A stretch of 64,000 nucleotides of DNA from an uncultured bacterium (GCA_942492765.1 OW818634.1:473159-537158); one strand, 5' to 3'. Numbered from the stretch's first letter, positions 35,882 to 44,797 are shown. Made by a program: numbers and translations. The notes: generated by a model not told the origin, from the letters alone.

Positions 35882-36195
35882 GCCTCGGTAGCTCAGTGGT
35901 AGAGCAAAGGACTGATTTTCGGTCCGCTCAATGGAAACATTGAGATGAAAATCGGGTGAATTCGGGGAAACCTTAAATCGCGAAGGCGATAAGGCAATCC
36001 CGAGCCAAGCCTTAACAGGGATAAAAGTTAAGGAAGGTGTAGAGACTAGCGGGTGAGCCCAACAATAACCCCGCCAAGAGCGCCCGACTCCGTCCTTAAG
36101 AGATTAAGCGGAGATGATATAGTCCAATCCTTGAGGAAACTCAAGCCAGAATATGGAAAATCCTTGTGTCGTCAGTTCAATTCTGACCCGGGGCA
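35882..36195 (+). tRNA. tRNA-Phe(GAA) interrupted by a group I intron in the anticodon loop
   Basis: The exons join to GCCTCGGTAGCTCAGTGGTAGAGCAAAGGACT|GAAAATCCTTGTGTCGTCAGTTCAATTCTGACCCGGGGCA, a perfect Phe cloverleaf with loop CUGAAAA. Confidence 0.9.
35914..36155 (+). ncRNA. group I intron (Azoarcus/IC3-like), no internal ORF
   Basis: P1: exon GGACU (35909-35913) pairs with intron GGUCC (35921-35925), giving a U.G wobble at the splice site. GAAA-capped P2 (35927-35944). Core strings AAUUCGGGGAAACC, CCCGAGCCAAGCC and GGAAGGUGUAGAGACUAGCGGG. GAAA-capped 3' hairpin 36130-36145. Terminal G at 36155. Confidence 0.9.
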
Positions 36196-36200
36196 CACAT

Positions 36201-36228
36201 TTGATAAAAAATGAACCCATGGTATAAT
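36201..36228 (+). promoter_or_regulatory. sigma70-like promoter for the LAGLIDADG-like gene
   Basis: -35 TTGATA 36201-36206, 16-nt spacer, -10 TATAAT 36223-36228. It lies inside a 13-bp-stem hairpin (AATGAACCCATGG...CCGTGGGTTCATT). Confidence 0.5.
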
Positions 36229-36255
36229 TATAATATTACCGTGGGTTCATTTTTT

Positions 36256-36939
36256 ATGCGTACCGATAAAAAAATCGTCATTAAATTAAGAAAACAAGGC
36301 CAATCTTATAACCAGATAAGCGCTGCTTTAAAAGTGCCAAAAAGCACCCTGAGTAACTGGCTGAAAGATATCCCCCTCTCTGCCGAGGCACAGGCCAAGA
36401 TCTTGGCGCGAACCAACGCTAACGCGATCGTGAAACTGATAGCCAGAAACAAACGGCAGACGGCAATCTCTCAAGCCAGGCATCAGATTATCCGCCAAGA
36501 GGCGAAAAAAGAAGCTAAAAAATTACTCACTGATCCGTTATTCTTGGCGGGCGTATCTTTATACTGGGCGGAAGGTTATAAACAAGGCGCCCATGGCAGC
36601 AAATGGAAAAGCATCGATTTCGCCAATTCCGACCCGGAAATGATCAGATTAATGATGAAATTCTTTATCAAATTCCTCGGTCTTAAAAAGACGGAAATAC
36701 GTATCCAATTGATGCTCCATAATCCGAAAGATTCCCTTAAAACTGTAGATTTTTGGCATAATCTTACCGGCATCCCGAAAGCCAATTTTATCAAGACTTG
36801 CCATGTAATCAGCCGCGCCAGTTTACAAAAAAGAAATAAGAAGTTAGAATATGGGACGGTACATATAAGGATAAATGATGTTAGTCGTTTCTTCCGCCTA
36901 ATCGGCTGGATAGACGGCTTGCAAACAAAATTCACTTAA
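36256..36939 (+). CDS. free-standing HTH + LAGLIDADG-like homing endonuclease homolog
   Basis: N-terminal HTH SYNQISAALKVPKSTLSNWLK, then DPLFLAGVSLYWAEGYK (LAGLIDADG-type helix with acidic residue) and FANSDPEMIRLMMKFF. ATG at 36256 preferred. The stop codon abuts tRNA-Pro. Confidence 0.55.
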   Translation: MRTDKKIVIKLRKQGQSYNQISAALKVPKSTLSNWLKDIPLSAEAQAKILARTNANAIVKLIARNKRQTAISQARHQIIRQEAKKEAKKLLTDPLFLAGVSLYWAEGYKQGAHGSKWKSIDFANSDPEMIRLMMKFFIKFLGLKKTEIRIQLMLHNPKDSLKTVDFWHNLTGIPKANFIKTCHVISRASLQKRNKKLEYGTVHIRINDVSRFFRLIGWIDGLQTKFT

Positions 36940-37010
36940 CGGGGTGTCGTATACCGGTAGTACGCATGCTTTGGGAGCATGTTGACTGGGTTCAATTCCC
37001 AGCACCCCGA
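36940..37010 (+). tRNA. tRNA-Pro(UGG)
   Basis: CGGGGTG/CACCCCG acceptor, CATGC-TTTGGGA-GCATG anticodon arm, CTGGG-TTCAATT-CCCAG T-arm. Confidence 0.9.
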
Positions 37011-37020
37011 CATTTAAAAA

Positions 37021-37052
37021 ACAGGTCTCTTATTCAGAGGCCTGTTTTTTGT
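37021..37052 (+). terminator. rho-independent terminator after the tRNA cluster
   Basis: ACAGGTCTCT-tattc-AGAGGCCTGT followed by TTTTTT. Confidence 0.75.
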
Positions 37053-37116
37053 TTAGACAACTAATAAAATTAAATCATTAAAATTGGCTAATATTTATAT
37101 AAATTATCTAAATATC

Positions 37117-37145
37117 TTGACAATTAAGTAAAAATATACTATAAT
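37117..37145 (+). promoter_or_regulatory. consensus sigma70-like promoter
   Basis: -35 TTGACA 37117-37122, 17-nt spacer, -10 TATAAT 37140-37145. Confidence 0.6.
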
Positions 37146-37274
37146 AATTTAGTAAGAATTTAAAAGCTCCTTGACAATAAAAAGTTAATAAATGATTCAA
37201 TTATCGGCCAGAATCTTGAAAAACAGGGTTTTGACCAATAATTGAATCTAAATATTAACTTAAAACTACGAATC

Positions 37275-37868
37275 ATGAAAAAAGATGTTTTTAGAAAAAC
37301 AAAAAAAATTATTTTTTTGATGCTAACTCCAATTATATTATGTTTTTATGTCCAGGTATTTGGACAGGGGAGTGCATCTTATGATGAGCAATCAAGAATT
37401 AGCAATCCTTTAGTTCTTTTATCTGATAAAACTCCGGTTATAGAGGCTCGGGGAGGAGCTGCCACGATTGCCGAAGCTACAAACACATTTACCTCCTATA
37501 TTGATCCCAATTTTAAAAAATGGGATCTAGATAAATCTAGTCTGGCAACAAAAGAAATTAGCGTCAAAATTTACTGGGTAGGTGATTCATTTTTTAGTCC
37601 GACAAACGCACTTATGTATCTTAATAAAAATTTAGATAAACTTTGCCTCACTCAATCACAAATTATCTACTTTTGTAAAAGATATCCGTCCAAAATGATC
37701 GACGAGCGATACGGGAAAAAAGGAACATTTTTTCTTTTCAAAGCAAGAGAAAAATATTTTCTAGCTAAAGTAAATAAAGATGCAGACGGCCTCAATATTA
37801 GCGTTTTCCGTTTAAACAGCTTCGGAGCATGCGCCTTTGATTATTTATTTGTCGTCCCTATAAATTAA
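37275..37868 (+). CDS. secreted/membrane-anchored hypothetical protein (3-paralog family)
   Basis: Signal-anchor MKKDVFRKTKKIIFLMLTPIILCFYVQVFG. Motifs VGDSFF, LTQSQIIYFCKRYP, FFLFK, LNISVFRL and FVVP shared with 39927-40466 and 2107-2553. ATG at 37275 (track start is TTG). Confidence 0.55.
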   Translation: MKKDVFRKTKKIIFLMLTPIILCFYVQVFGQGSASYDEQSRISNPLVLLSDKTPVIEARGGAATIAEATNTFTSYIDPNFKKWDLDKSSLATKEISVKIYWVGDSFFSPTNALMYLNKNLDKLCLTQSQIIYFCKRYPSKMIDERYGKKGTFFLFKAREKYFLAKVNKDADGLNISVFRLNSFGACAFDYLFVVPIN

Positions 37869-37973
37869 GCCCCCCAGGACATTAATAACTTCGCAAACAT
37901 TTTTGTACATTTCCAAAGAGCCATTGAAACAAACAATGGCTCTTTTTATTTACCCTAAATTTGTTATCCCAAA

Positions 37974-39083
37974 TTACCTAACTACTGTTTGGTTGCTAAT
38001 GCCCCACTTTGATATTAACCCGACAACTTTCTGCGCTCCCCACCCTATCCCGACAAACAGAGCTAGATACAGAATCGTCGCTAGCCAATCCGGCATATAA
38101 CCGTAGAAGATATTATAGCGATACAGAATGGGCCAATGCCAAAGATAGATCTCATAAGAAAATAATCCAAAGATAGAAAATAACTTAAACTCCGTCTTCT
38201 TCATCACGAACACCAGAACGATTGCCGCCACTGCGATCAAGCTCATCCATTGCTCTTTAGAGGCGCTTTCGCCGATACCAGAGTTGATATTTGCATAAAC
38301 GAAGGCTGCTAATAACCCGAGTATGACCAGATAATAGCCGATAGTGCGCCAACCCTTAGAGAACTTCCGTAATATTTCAGCATTTGGCAATTTCGTCACC
38401 GCCCAAGCCGCTAAGACGCCCAGCGGGAAAGCGATAGTGTGAACTTTATAAAGACGCATGACATCACTGAAGAAGGCCGGCTGAAAACGCACGAGCGCTT
38501 CCCCGGCGACTAACAAAATGATGGCGGTCAGCCAAGGGCGCTTCTTAAAGAAGACCAGTGGGAATAATAAATAATAAAAAAGGATAAAGGTAAAATACCA
38601 GAGCGGCGAGTTGATGTCATTATAAAGATCAGCATGGGTAAAAATTCCCAAGATCGCCTTGCCCATAAAAGCTAAGGAATAGCTTTTCCCGAGAATAAAA
38701 AAATCAGCCGCCAAGAAAACCGCAAGCGCCAGCCAAAAGGGTGTGAATAATTTTAATAAGCGGCGCTTATAAAATTGCCAGGGAGTCAGATCCTTCTGCA
38801 AGCTGCTAGCGGCTATGCCAAAACCGGACAAAAATAAAAATAAGTTGACGCCGACGCCAGCCATAATTGAGAGCGGCCAGAGAAAACGATGGTCAGAAAC
38901 TAAAAAATAACCGATATGGGAGATAACGATCATGAGAATCGCCACTCCCTTTAGCTCAGTCGTCAAGGATGCCGGAAACCATTCGGTAATCTTCTTCGGC
39001 CGCACAGAAATAAGCAGAGCCGCAAAAAACAAAACCGAGAATATCCAAGTCGCCTGGATCGGGTTACTGATTGATATGATCAT
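37974..39083 (-). CDS. acyltransferase family 3 membrane protein (OatA-type O-acyltransferase domain)
   Basis: About 10 TM helices, GVAILMIVISHIGY near the N-terminus, typical Acyl_transf_3 profile. Confidence 0.7.
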   Translation of the reverse strand: MIISISNPIQATWIFSVLFFAALLISVRPKKITEWFPASLTTELKGVAILMIVISHIGYFLVSDHRFLWPLSIMAGVGVNLFLFLSGFGIAASSLQKDLTPWQFYKRRLLKLFTPFWLALAVFLAADFFILGKSYSLAFMGKAILGIFTHADLYNDINSPLWYFTFILFYYLLFPLVFFKKRPWLTAIILLVAGEALVRFQPAFFSDVMRLYKVHTIAFPLGVLAAWAVTKLPNAEILRKFSKGWRTIGYYLVILGLLAAFVYANINSGIGESASKEQWMSLIAVAAIVLVFVMKKTEFKLFSIFGLFSYEIYLWHWPILYRYNIFYGYMPDWLATILYLALFVGIGWGAQKVVGLISKWGISNQTVVR

Positions 39084-39828
39084 AAATTATGTCCGCCCAG
39101 AGCTTGTAGCCGCTAGCGGAAGGATGAAATAAATCTTTTGAATAATGGTCGCCTGATTTCTTGAACAGATCCACAGTAGATCCATATAAATCTATATACG
39201 GGACAGAGTACTTATCAGCCATATCCTTGATGATGCCGTTAAATTCCTTGGTCCGCGCATCGAAAATGCTCTGATAAGGCGGAAGCATCAATTCTTCGGA
39301 GCCGACAAACGGGATATTGATAACGTAAACGGACGCTTTCGTCTCCTGCTTCAGGCGGCTCAATATCTCTTCGTAATTCCGCCTAAACTCCTTGGCGGAA
39401 ATTTCGTTATGGATATCGTTAGCGCCAATCAAGATAGTGACTAAGCCAGGATTTTCCTTGATCGCGTCCGACAGGAGCTTGTCGATGACGTCAGCCGTCA
39501 TCGCGCCTGGAATAGAATGATTATTCAAAATAACTTGCCGACTATCGCCCGTGAGTTTCTGCGCTAATAGATAGGGCCAGATCTCTTCATAAGTATCAGT
39601 GCCGACTCCAGCCGTCAGGCTATCGCCTAAAGCGACGTAAGTAAGAGTAGCGGTTGCTAAGCCATTCATATTATTTATAAGATAGGTTTCATTTATCTCA
39701 ACCGGCTTCAGATTAGCTCCGCCCAGCACTCCATAAATATGGGAGTAGGCGCGATTCAAATAAACTCCCAAAAGAACAAGGATGATCGCGGCTAATATTA
39801 AAATTTTCCTAAGATTATGGTTATTCAT
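39064..39828 (-). CDS. SGNH/GDSL hydrolase family protein
   Basis: VALGDSLTAGVG (block I), GANDI (block III), DLFHPSASGY (block V DxxH). Its stop overlaps the downstream acyltransferase start by 20 nt. Confidence 0.75.
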   Translation of the reverse strand: MNNHNLRKILILAAIILVLLGVYLNRAYSHIYGVLGGANLKPVEINETYLINNMNGLATATLTYVALGDSLTAGVGTDTYEEIWPYLLAQKLTGDSRQVILNNHSIPGAMTADVIDKLLSDAIKENPGLVTILIGANDIHNEISAKEFRRNYEEILSRLKQETKASVYVINIPFVGSEELMLPPYQSIFDARTKEFNGIIKDMADKYSVPYIDLYGSTVDLFKKSGDHYSKDLFHPSASGYKLWADIIYDHINQ

Positions 39829-39926
39829 ACCAATATTATATACTAAAATCATCTTGGCGACCAATATTAGACTAATAAAAAGCCCCGAGTTCTAAAAATT
39901 TAGAAACTGCGGGGCAAATTTAGCCG

Positions 39927-40466
39927 TTAAACAGGGAGAGGATTTTTAAAAAAAACACGATTCTTATAGACTCCCAGCCAGACATTCTGATACTCCAGCC
40001 GTCCCGCATAAGCGCGAAAGGGCTTGTCTGACTTGCTAGAATGAGGCCCTACTCGAAATACGCATAGATTCTCGACCGGATTTTCTGGATTTATCGGCAA
40101 GTCTTCGTCTATCTTAGCAAGAAAAAAATTAAGATAAGGCGAAAACCAATTAGGACAGCTTTCACATAATTTAGCTATCTGGCTTTGAGGAATCCATTTA
40201 GCTTCCCAATCGCCGCTGATAGCGCCAAAAATTTCCATGAAAGTTGCATCTCCGATGACCTCGCTGGTACGAAAGTATGTTGCTGGCGTCGGTCTACCTG
40301 GTCGCTGCTCTTTAAGAACGGGAAAGTTCGAACATATTACAACGGATTCGAACACTTTATTGACCTCAACCCTGGAGCGGCCGTCAAGAGCGGGAATCAA
40401 GATATCCTGCCCGCCGAGGGCTGGCCCTAAAATAAGACTTGCTTCTGTCTTCTCCATATTCATCAA
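39927..40466 (-). CDS. hypothetical protein (3-paralog family)
   Basis: 179 aa. IGDATF, IPQSQIAKLCESCP, NFFLAK, ENLCVFRV and VFF, colinear with 37275-37868. Confidence 0.55.
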   Translation of the reverse strand: MMNMEKTEASLILGPALGGQDILIPALDGRSRVEVNKVFESVVICSNFPVLKEQRPGRPTPATYFRTSEVIGDATFMEIFGAISGDWEAKWIPQSQIAKLCESCPNWFSPYLNFFLAKIDEDLPINPENPVENLCVFRVGPHSSKSDKPFRAYAGRLEYQNVWLGVYKNRVFFKNPLPV

Positions 40467-40656
40467 TTTTTAAGGTAACTATTCCAAAATGTTTATTTTC
40501 TACTCGGACTTTATATTAAAACATAAAAAATCAATCAAGTCAAGACTAATAGCTAAAAACAATAATTAAGCTCGTATTCCAGAAAGACTTGATTTTTATT
40601 TACTATTATGTTAATGTTTCCCTATATTAATTAACTAAATAATTTAGAAATTCCGT

Positions 40657-40917
40657 ATGCCAAACAAGAAATCGGCAGCCAAAGAACTGCGCAAAGCTGT
40701 TAAAAGAAGCGCTGCCAACAAGAAAGTTTCCGCTAAATTGAAGGATCTCGTCAAAACCAGCTTAAAGCAGATCAAGGCCGGCGATAAGAAGATCAAGGAA
40801 GATTATACCAAGACCATCAAGGCCATTGATAAGGCGACTAAGAAGGGCGTCATCAAAAAGAATACCGCTTCCCGCAAGAAGTCGAGACTAATGAAAAAAA
40901 TCAACGCTTTAAAATAA
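40657..40917 (+). CDS. rpsT: 30S ribosomal protein S20
   Basis: MPNKKSAAKELRKAVKRSAANKKVSAKLKDLVK..., 86 aa basic helical protein. Confidence 0.9.
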   Translation: MPNKKSAAKELRKAVKRSAANKKVSAKLKDLVKTSLKQIKAGDKKIKEDYTKTIKAIDKATKKGVIKKNTASRKKSRLMKKINALK

Positions 40918-40994
40918 GCGCTTTTAATAATTAATGTACTCTTTCTTGGATGCGGAACGATTAACCGCTTCTCGGATAGAGCGAATCAACCACC

Positions 40995-41369
40995 ATGTTA
41001 GACAAGAAAAACAAGGAAAAAATCATCAAGAAGTTCCGTGTCCATGACACTGATACCGGCTCCTCTCAGGTCCAGATCGCGATCCTGACCGAAGAGATTA
41101 AAGAGTTGACCGAGCACCTAAAGAAGCACAAGCATGATTTCTCTTCCCGCCGCGGCTTACTGAAGAAGGTCGGCGAAAGACGCAAGCTCCTCAAGTACTT
41201 GCAAAAGGAGAGCGCTGAGCAATTCAAAGAACTGACCGATAAGCTGAAACTTAAGATCGCTCAGAAGCTGGAAGAAGAAGAGGAAGAAGAAAAGAAGAAA
41301 GAGAAGAAGTATATCGAAGCCGAAGAAGGCGAAGAGATTAAGGATGAGGCTATCGAAGAAGCCAAATAA
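40995..41369 (+). CDS. rpsO: 30S ribosomal protein S15 with charged C-terminal extension
   Basis: [53 protein letters not shown], followed by about 35 aa of E/K-rich tail. Confidence 0.9.
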   Translation: MLDKKNKEKIIKKFRVHDTDTGSSQVQIAILTEEIKELTEHLKKHKHDFSSRRGLLKKVGERRKLLKYLQKESAEQFKELTDKLKLKIAQKLEEEEEEEKKKEKKYIEAEEGEEIKDEAIEEAK

Positions 41370-41378
41370 TCAACAAAT

Positions 41379-41879
41379 ATGATAAAACATACAGAACAAC
41401 GAGTCGGAATCCTGGTAGATGTTTCTAACATGTATCATTCGGCTAAGAATCTGTATAATCGTAAGGTAAATTTCAAGGAGATCCTAGCTAAAGCAGTGGC
41501 CGACCGGAAGTTGATCCGGGCCACTGCTTATGCTATCCGGACAGAAAACCAGGAAGAAACGCCTTTTTTCGAGGCTCTCGACCAGCAAGGATTCGAGGTG
41601 AAGATGAAAGACCTCCAGATTTTCGCCGGCGGCGCCAAGAAGGGCGATTGGGATGTGGGCATCGCTATCGATGCGATCAAGCTGGCTGATAAATTAGACG
41701 TCATCGTCATAGTTTCCGGCGATGGCGATTACCTGCCGCTCGTATCTTATCTGCAGAACAATAAAGGCTGCCTCGTTGAAATCATGGCTTTCAGAAAAAC
41801 CTGCTCTTCTAAACTGATCGAAGAAGCTGATGATTTTACTGACCTGAGCGCAAATAAGAAATTTCTGCTTTATCGCTAA
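41379..41879 (+). CDS. NYN/LabA-like domain protein
   Basis: VGILVDVSNMYHSAKNLY and VIVSGDGDYLPLV match the NYN (PIN-like) acidic motifs. Sits between rpsO and pnp. Confidence 0.7.
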   Translation: MIKHTEQRVGILVDVSNMYHSAKNLYNRKVNFKEILAKAVADRKLIRATAYAIRTENQEETPFFEALDQQGFEVKMKDLQIFAGGAKKGDWDVGIAIDAIKLADKLDVIVIVSGDGDYLPLVSYLQNNKGCLVEIMAFRKTCSSKLIEEADDFTDLSANKKFLLYR

Positions 41880-41980
41880 TTAAAATTTAAATAATCTAAT
41901 AAATTAACGCGCCTGACCGATAAATAGATAGCGCTGTATGCCAATACAGTTCTGTAATTTAGCGGCCAGGCAGAAACAAA

Positions 41981-44257
41981 ATGAAAAAAGTATTCACCGG
42001 GGAGTGGCTTGGCCGCCCTCTCACTATTACGACCGGGCATGTCGCCCTGCAAGCTGACGCAGCCGTCTGGGTCCAGTACGGCGAGACCGTCGTCCAGGCG
42101 ACAGTCGTCCAATCTAAGACCGAGCGCGAAGGCATCGATTTCTTCCCGCTGATGGTTGATTTTGAAGAGAAGCTGTATGCCGCTGGCATAATCAAAGGTT
42201 CTCAATGGATCAAGCGCGAAGGCCGTCCGACCGATTTATCGGTCTTGACCGGGCGCATGATCGACCGCGTTATCCGCCCCCTCTTTGAGACGGAGGACAA
42301 ACGCGATATCCAAGTAATCATCACGACTCTAGCGGTTGACCAGGAGAACGATTACGATATCGTCGCCCTGATCGCGGCTTCAGCGGCTTTATCCATTTCC
42401 GGCCTTAAGTGGCACGGTCCGATTGGCGGCATCCGCGTCGGCCTGATCGAGGATAAACTCGTCTTCAATCCGACCTATGAAGAGCAAGCTAAGAGTTCTC
42501 TCGATTTAATCGTCGCCGGCACTGCTGGCAAAGTCATCATGATTGAAGCCGGCGCTAACGAAGTTCCGGAAGATCTAATGTTGCAAGCGATTATCGCCGG
42601 ACGCGACCAGATGCAAGGCGCGATCGATCTGATCAATAAATTGAAGGCCGAAGTCGCTCCGAGAAAAATCGCCACGGACGGCAAGAAGGCCGGCACTCCG
42701 GAAGAACAGCAAGCGGCTGCCGACAAGCAAGCCTTGCTCGCTATCGGCGAAGCTTGGCTGAAAGAAAATATCAAGAATATCTTATTCAATAAGGATTATT
42801 ATACTAAGGGCGAAAGAAAATTAGCGGTTGCCGCCATTAAGGAGGGGCTGGAATCTCATCTGATTTCTCAGGGGCTAGCTGGCGATAAGCGCGGCTTCAT
42901 CATCAAGAAATTAGTGGAGAAGATGATCGATGAAGAGATCACTAACGCAATCCTCAAGGACAAGCATCGCGTCGATGGCCGCGCGCTTAACGAAATCCGC
43001 GGCTTATCCGCTGAAGTCGCCGTTCTGCCTCGCGATCACGGCACTTCCCTTTTCTCCCGAGGCGAAACCCAGGTCATGTCTATCGTCACTCTTGGCGCCC
43101 CCGGCTTAGAACAATCCCTGGAAGGCCTTGAGGGCAAGAGCAAAAAAAGATACATGCATCATTATAATTTCCCGCCATATTCTGTCGGCGAAGCCTCTCC
43201 TTTGCGCGGCACTGGCAGACGCGAAGTCGGCCATGGCGCTTTAGCAGAAAAAGCCTTGATGCCGGTCGTACCGGCCAAGGAAGACTTCCCTTATGCTATC
43301 CGTGTTGTCAGCGAAACCCTAGGCTCCAATGGTTCATCCTCCATGGCCTCGACTTGCGCTTCTACTTTAGCTTTAATGGACGCCGGCGTACCGATCAAGC
43401 GTCCCGTTGTTGGCATTGCCATGGGCTTAGCTTCTAACAAGGATATGAGCCAATGGGTAGTGCTGACCGATATCCAGGACTTAGAAGATGGTGACGGCGG
43501 TATGGATTTCAAAATCACCGGCACGGAAAAAGGCTTGACTGCCATTCAATTAGACACCAAGACCACCGGCTTAAGCGAAGAAATCGTCGCTAAAACCCTG
43601 ACTCAGGGCCGTGAAGCCTTGAATCAGATTCTAGGCGTCATCAAATCAGCCATCGCCGAGCCGCGCGCAGAATTATCAAAATACGCTCCGAGATTAGTCA
43701 GCTTCTCTGTCGATCCTGAAAAGATCGGCGCCATCATCGGTCCGGGCGGCAAAGTCATTAACCGTATCATTGATGAGACCGGGGTCAGCATCGATATCGA
43801 GGATAGCGGCTTAGTCATGATTTGCGGCACTGATGCCGCCATGGTCGAAGAAGCTGTCAGACAAGTTAAGGAAATTGTCCACGTCTTCGCCGCTGGCGAG
43901 ATCGTCAAGGGCAAGGTTGTCAGGATATTAGACTTCGGAGCCTTCGTTTCCCTGAACGCCAGCCAAGATGGCATGGTTCATGTCAGCGAATTAGCCCCTT
44001 ACCGCGTTGAAAAGCCATCTGACTTCTTAACTGTCGGCGATATGGTTACCGTCAAGATCAAAGAGATCGATGATCAGGGCCGCGTTAACCTGACCATGAA
44101 AGGGCTAGAGGAAAATGCTCCTCTCTGGGCAACTGAAAAGGGTAAATCTACCGGCAGCTCTTTTGGCGGCGGCAGCCGCCCCAGCTTCGGCGGAAATGGC
44201 CACTCTGGCGGCCCGGCTCGCCCTAGCCGCTTCGGCGATAGACGCCCAAGAGTCTAG
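41981..44257 (+). CDS. pnp: polyribonucleotide nucleotidyltransferase (PNPase)
   Basis: Two RNase PH domains, KH (IGAIIGPGGKVINRI) and S1 (GKVVRILDFGAFVSL) domains, G-rich tail. Confidence 0.95.
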   Translation: MKKVFTGEWLGRPLTITTGHVALQADAAVWVQYGETVVQATVVQSKTEREGIDFFPLMVDFEEKLYAAGIIKGSQWIKREGRPTDLSVLTGRMIDRVIRPLFETEDKRDIQVIITTLAVDQENDYDIVALIAASAALSISGLKWHGPIGGIRVGLIEDKLVFNPTYEEQAKSSLDLIVAGTAGKVIMIEAGANEVPEDLMLQAIIAGRDQMQGAIDLINKLKAEVAPRKIATDGKKAGTPEEQQAAADKQALLAIGEAWLKENIKNILFNKDYYTKGERKLAVAAIKEGLESHLISQGLAGDKRGFIIKKLVEKMIDEEITNAILKDKHRVDGRALNEIRGLSAEVAVLPRDHGTSLFSRGETQVMSIVTLGAPGLEQSLEGLEGKSKKRYMHHYNFPPYSVGEASPLRGTGRREVGHGALAEKALMPVVPAKEDFPYAIRVVSETLGSNGSSSMASTCASTLALMDAGVPIKRPVVGIAMGLASNKDMSQWVVLTDIQDLEDGDGGMDFKITGTEKGLTAIQLDTKTTGLSEEIVAKTLTQGREALNQILGVIKSAIAEPRAELSKYAPRLVSFSVDPEKIGAIIGPGGKVINRIIDETGVSIDIEDSGLVMICGTDAAMVEEAVRQVKEIVHVFAAGEIVKGKVVRILDFGAFVSLNASQDGMVHVSELAPYRVEKPSDFLTVGDMVTVKIKEIDDQGRVNLTMKGLEENAPLWATEKGKSTGSSFGGGSRPSFGGNGHSGGPARPSRFGDRRPRV

Positions 44258-44341
44258 ATGACTGGTTAAAACCTTAATATTGACTTTTATTTAAGAATAA
44301 GTTATTATTTTTCAATAAAAATAATACCGAAAAAAAACCTT

Positions 44342-44749
44342 ATGTTAGCAATTAAATTAGCGAAAACTGGCAAGACCAACAAGAAAATGTTCCGGGTGAT
44401 CATTTCTGAAAAAAGCCGCGATCCGTACGGTGATGTTTTAGAAATATTGGGCTCTTATAATCCTCATTCTAAGGAATTAGCCGTCAAAGCCGACAGAATC
44501 AAATATTGGCTTTCTAAGGGCGCCCAGATGACCGCTTCTATCAACAACCTCATGATCGAAAAGAAGATTATCGAGGGCGAAAAAGTCACCGCGTCAAAGG
44601 CTAAAAAAACCAGCGAAAAGCGCCTAGGCCAGATCAAGGCTAAGGCCGACAAGAAAGCCGCCCGCGAGGCCGCTCCGATTGTCGAGGCTCCGGTCGCCGA
44701 AGCTCCCGTCGCTGAAGAAGTTCCAGCAGAAGAAGCTAAGGCCGAATAA
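44342..44749 (+). CDS. rpsP: 30S ribosomal protein S16 with A/E/P-rich C-terminal extension
   Basis: MLAIKLAKTGKTNKKMFRVIISEKSRDPYGDVLEILGSYNP... Confidence 0.9.
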   Translation: MLAIKLAKTGKTNKKMFRVIISEKSRDPYGDVLEILGSYNPHSKELAVKADRIKYWLSKGAQMTASINNLMIEKKIIEGEKVTASKAKKTSEKRLGQIKAKADKKAAREAAPIVEAPVAEAPVAEEVPAEEAKAE

Positions 44750-44768
44750 GCCCAGCTAGAAAGCTAAA

Positions 44769-44797
44769 TTGACACTGTAGATTGAAAAAGTTATAAT
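44769..44797 (+). promoter_or_regulatory. perfect-consensus sigma70-like promoter
   Basis: -35 TTGACA 44769-44774, 17-nt spacer, -10 TATAAT 44792-44797. Confidence 0.65.

Noticed and set aside
36207-36250. A 13-bp-stem hairpin with flanking A- and T-runs after tRNA-Phe, first read as a bidirectional terminator.
   Set aside because: It may still terminate. However, it contains a well-spaced TTGATA/TATAAT promoter and is followed immediately by the ATG of the LAGLIDADG-like ORF. It is therefore reported as promoter-in-hairpin rather than a plain terminator.
41876-42205. 109-aa and 78-aa minus-strand ORFs overlapping the pnp start.
   Set aside because: They are antisense to the conserved PNPase N-terminus, with no support.
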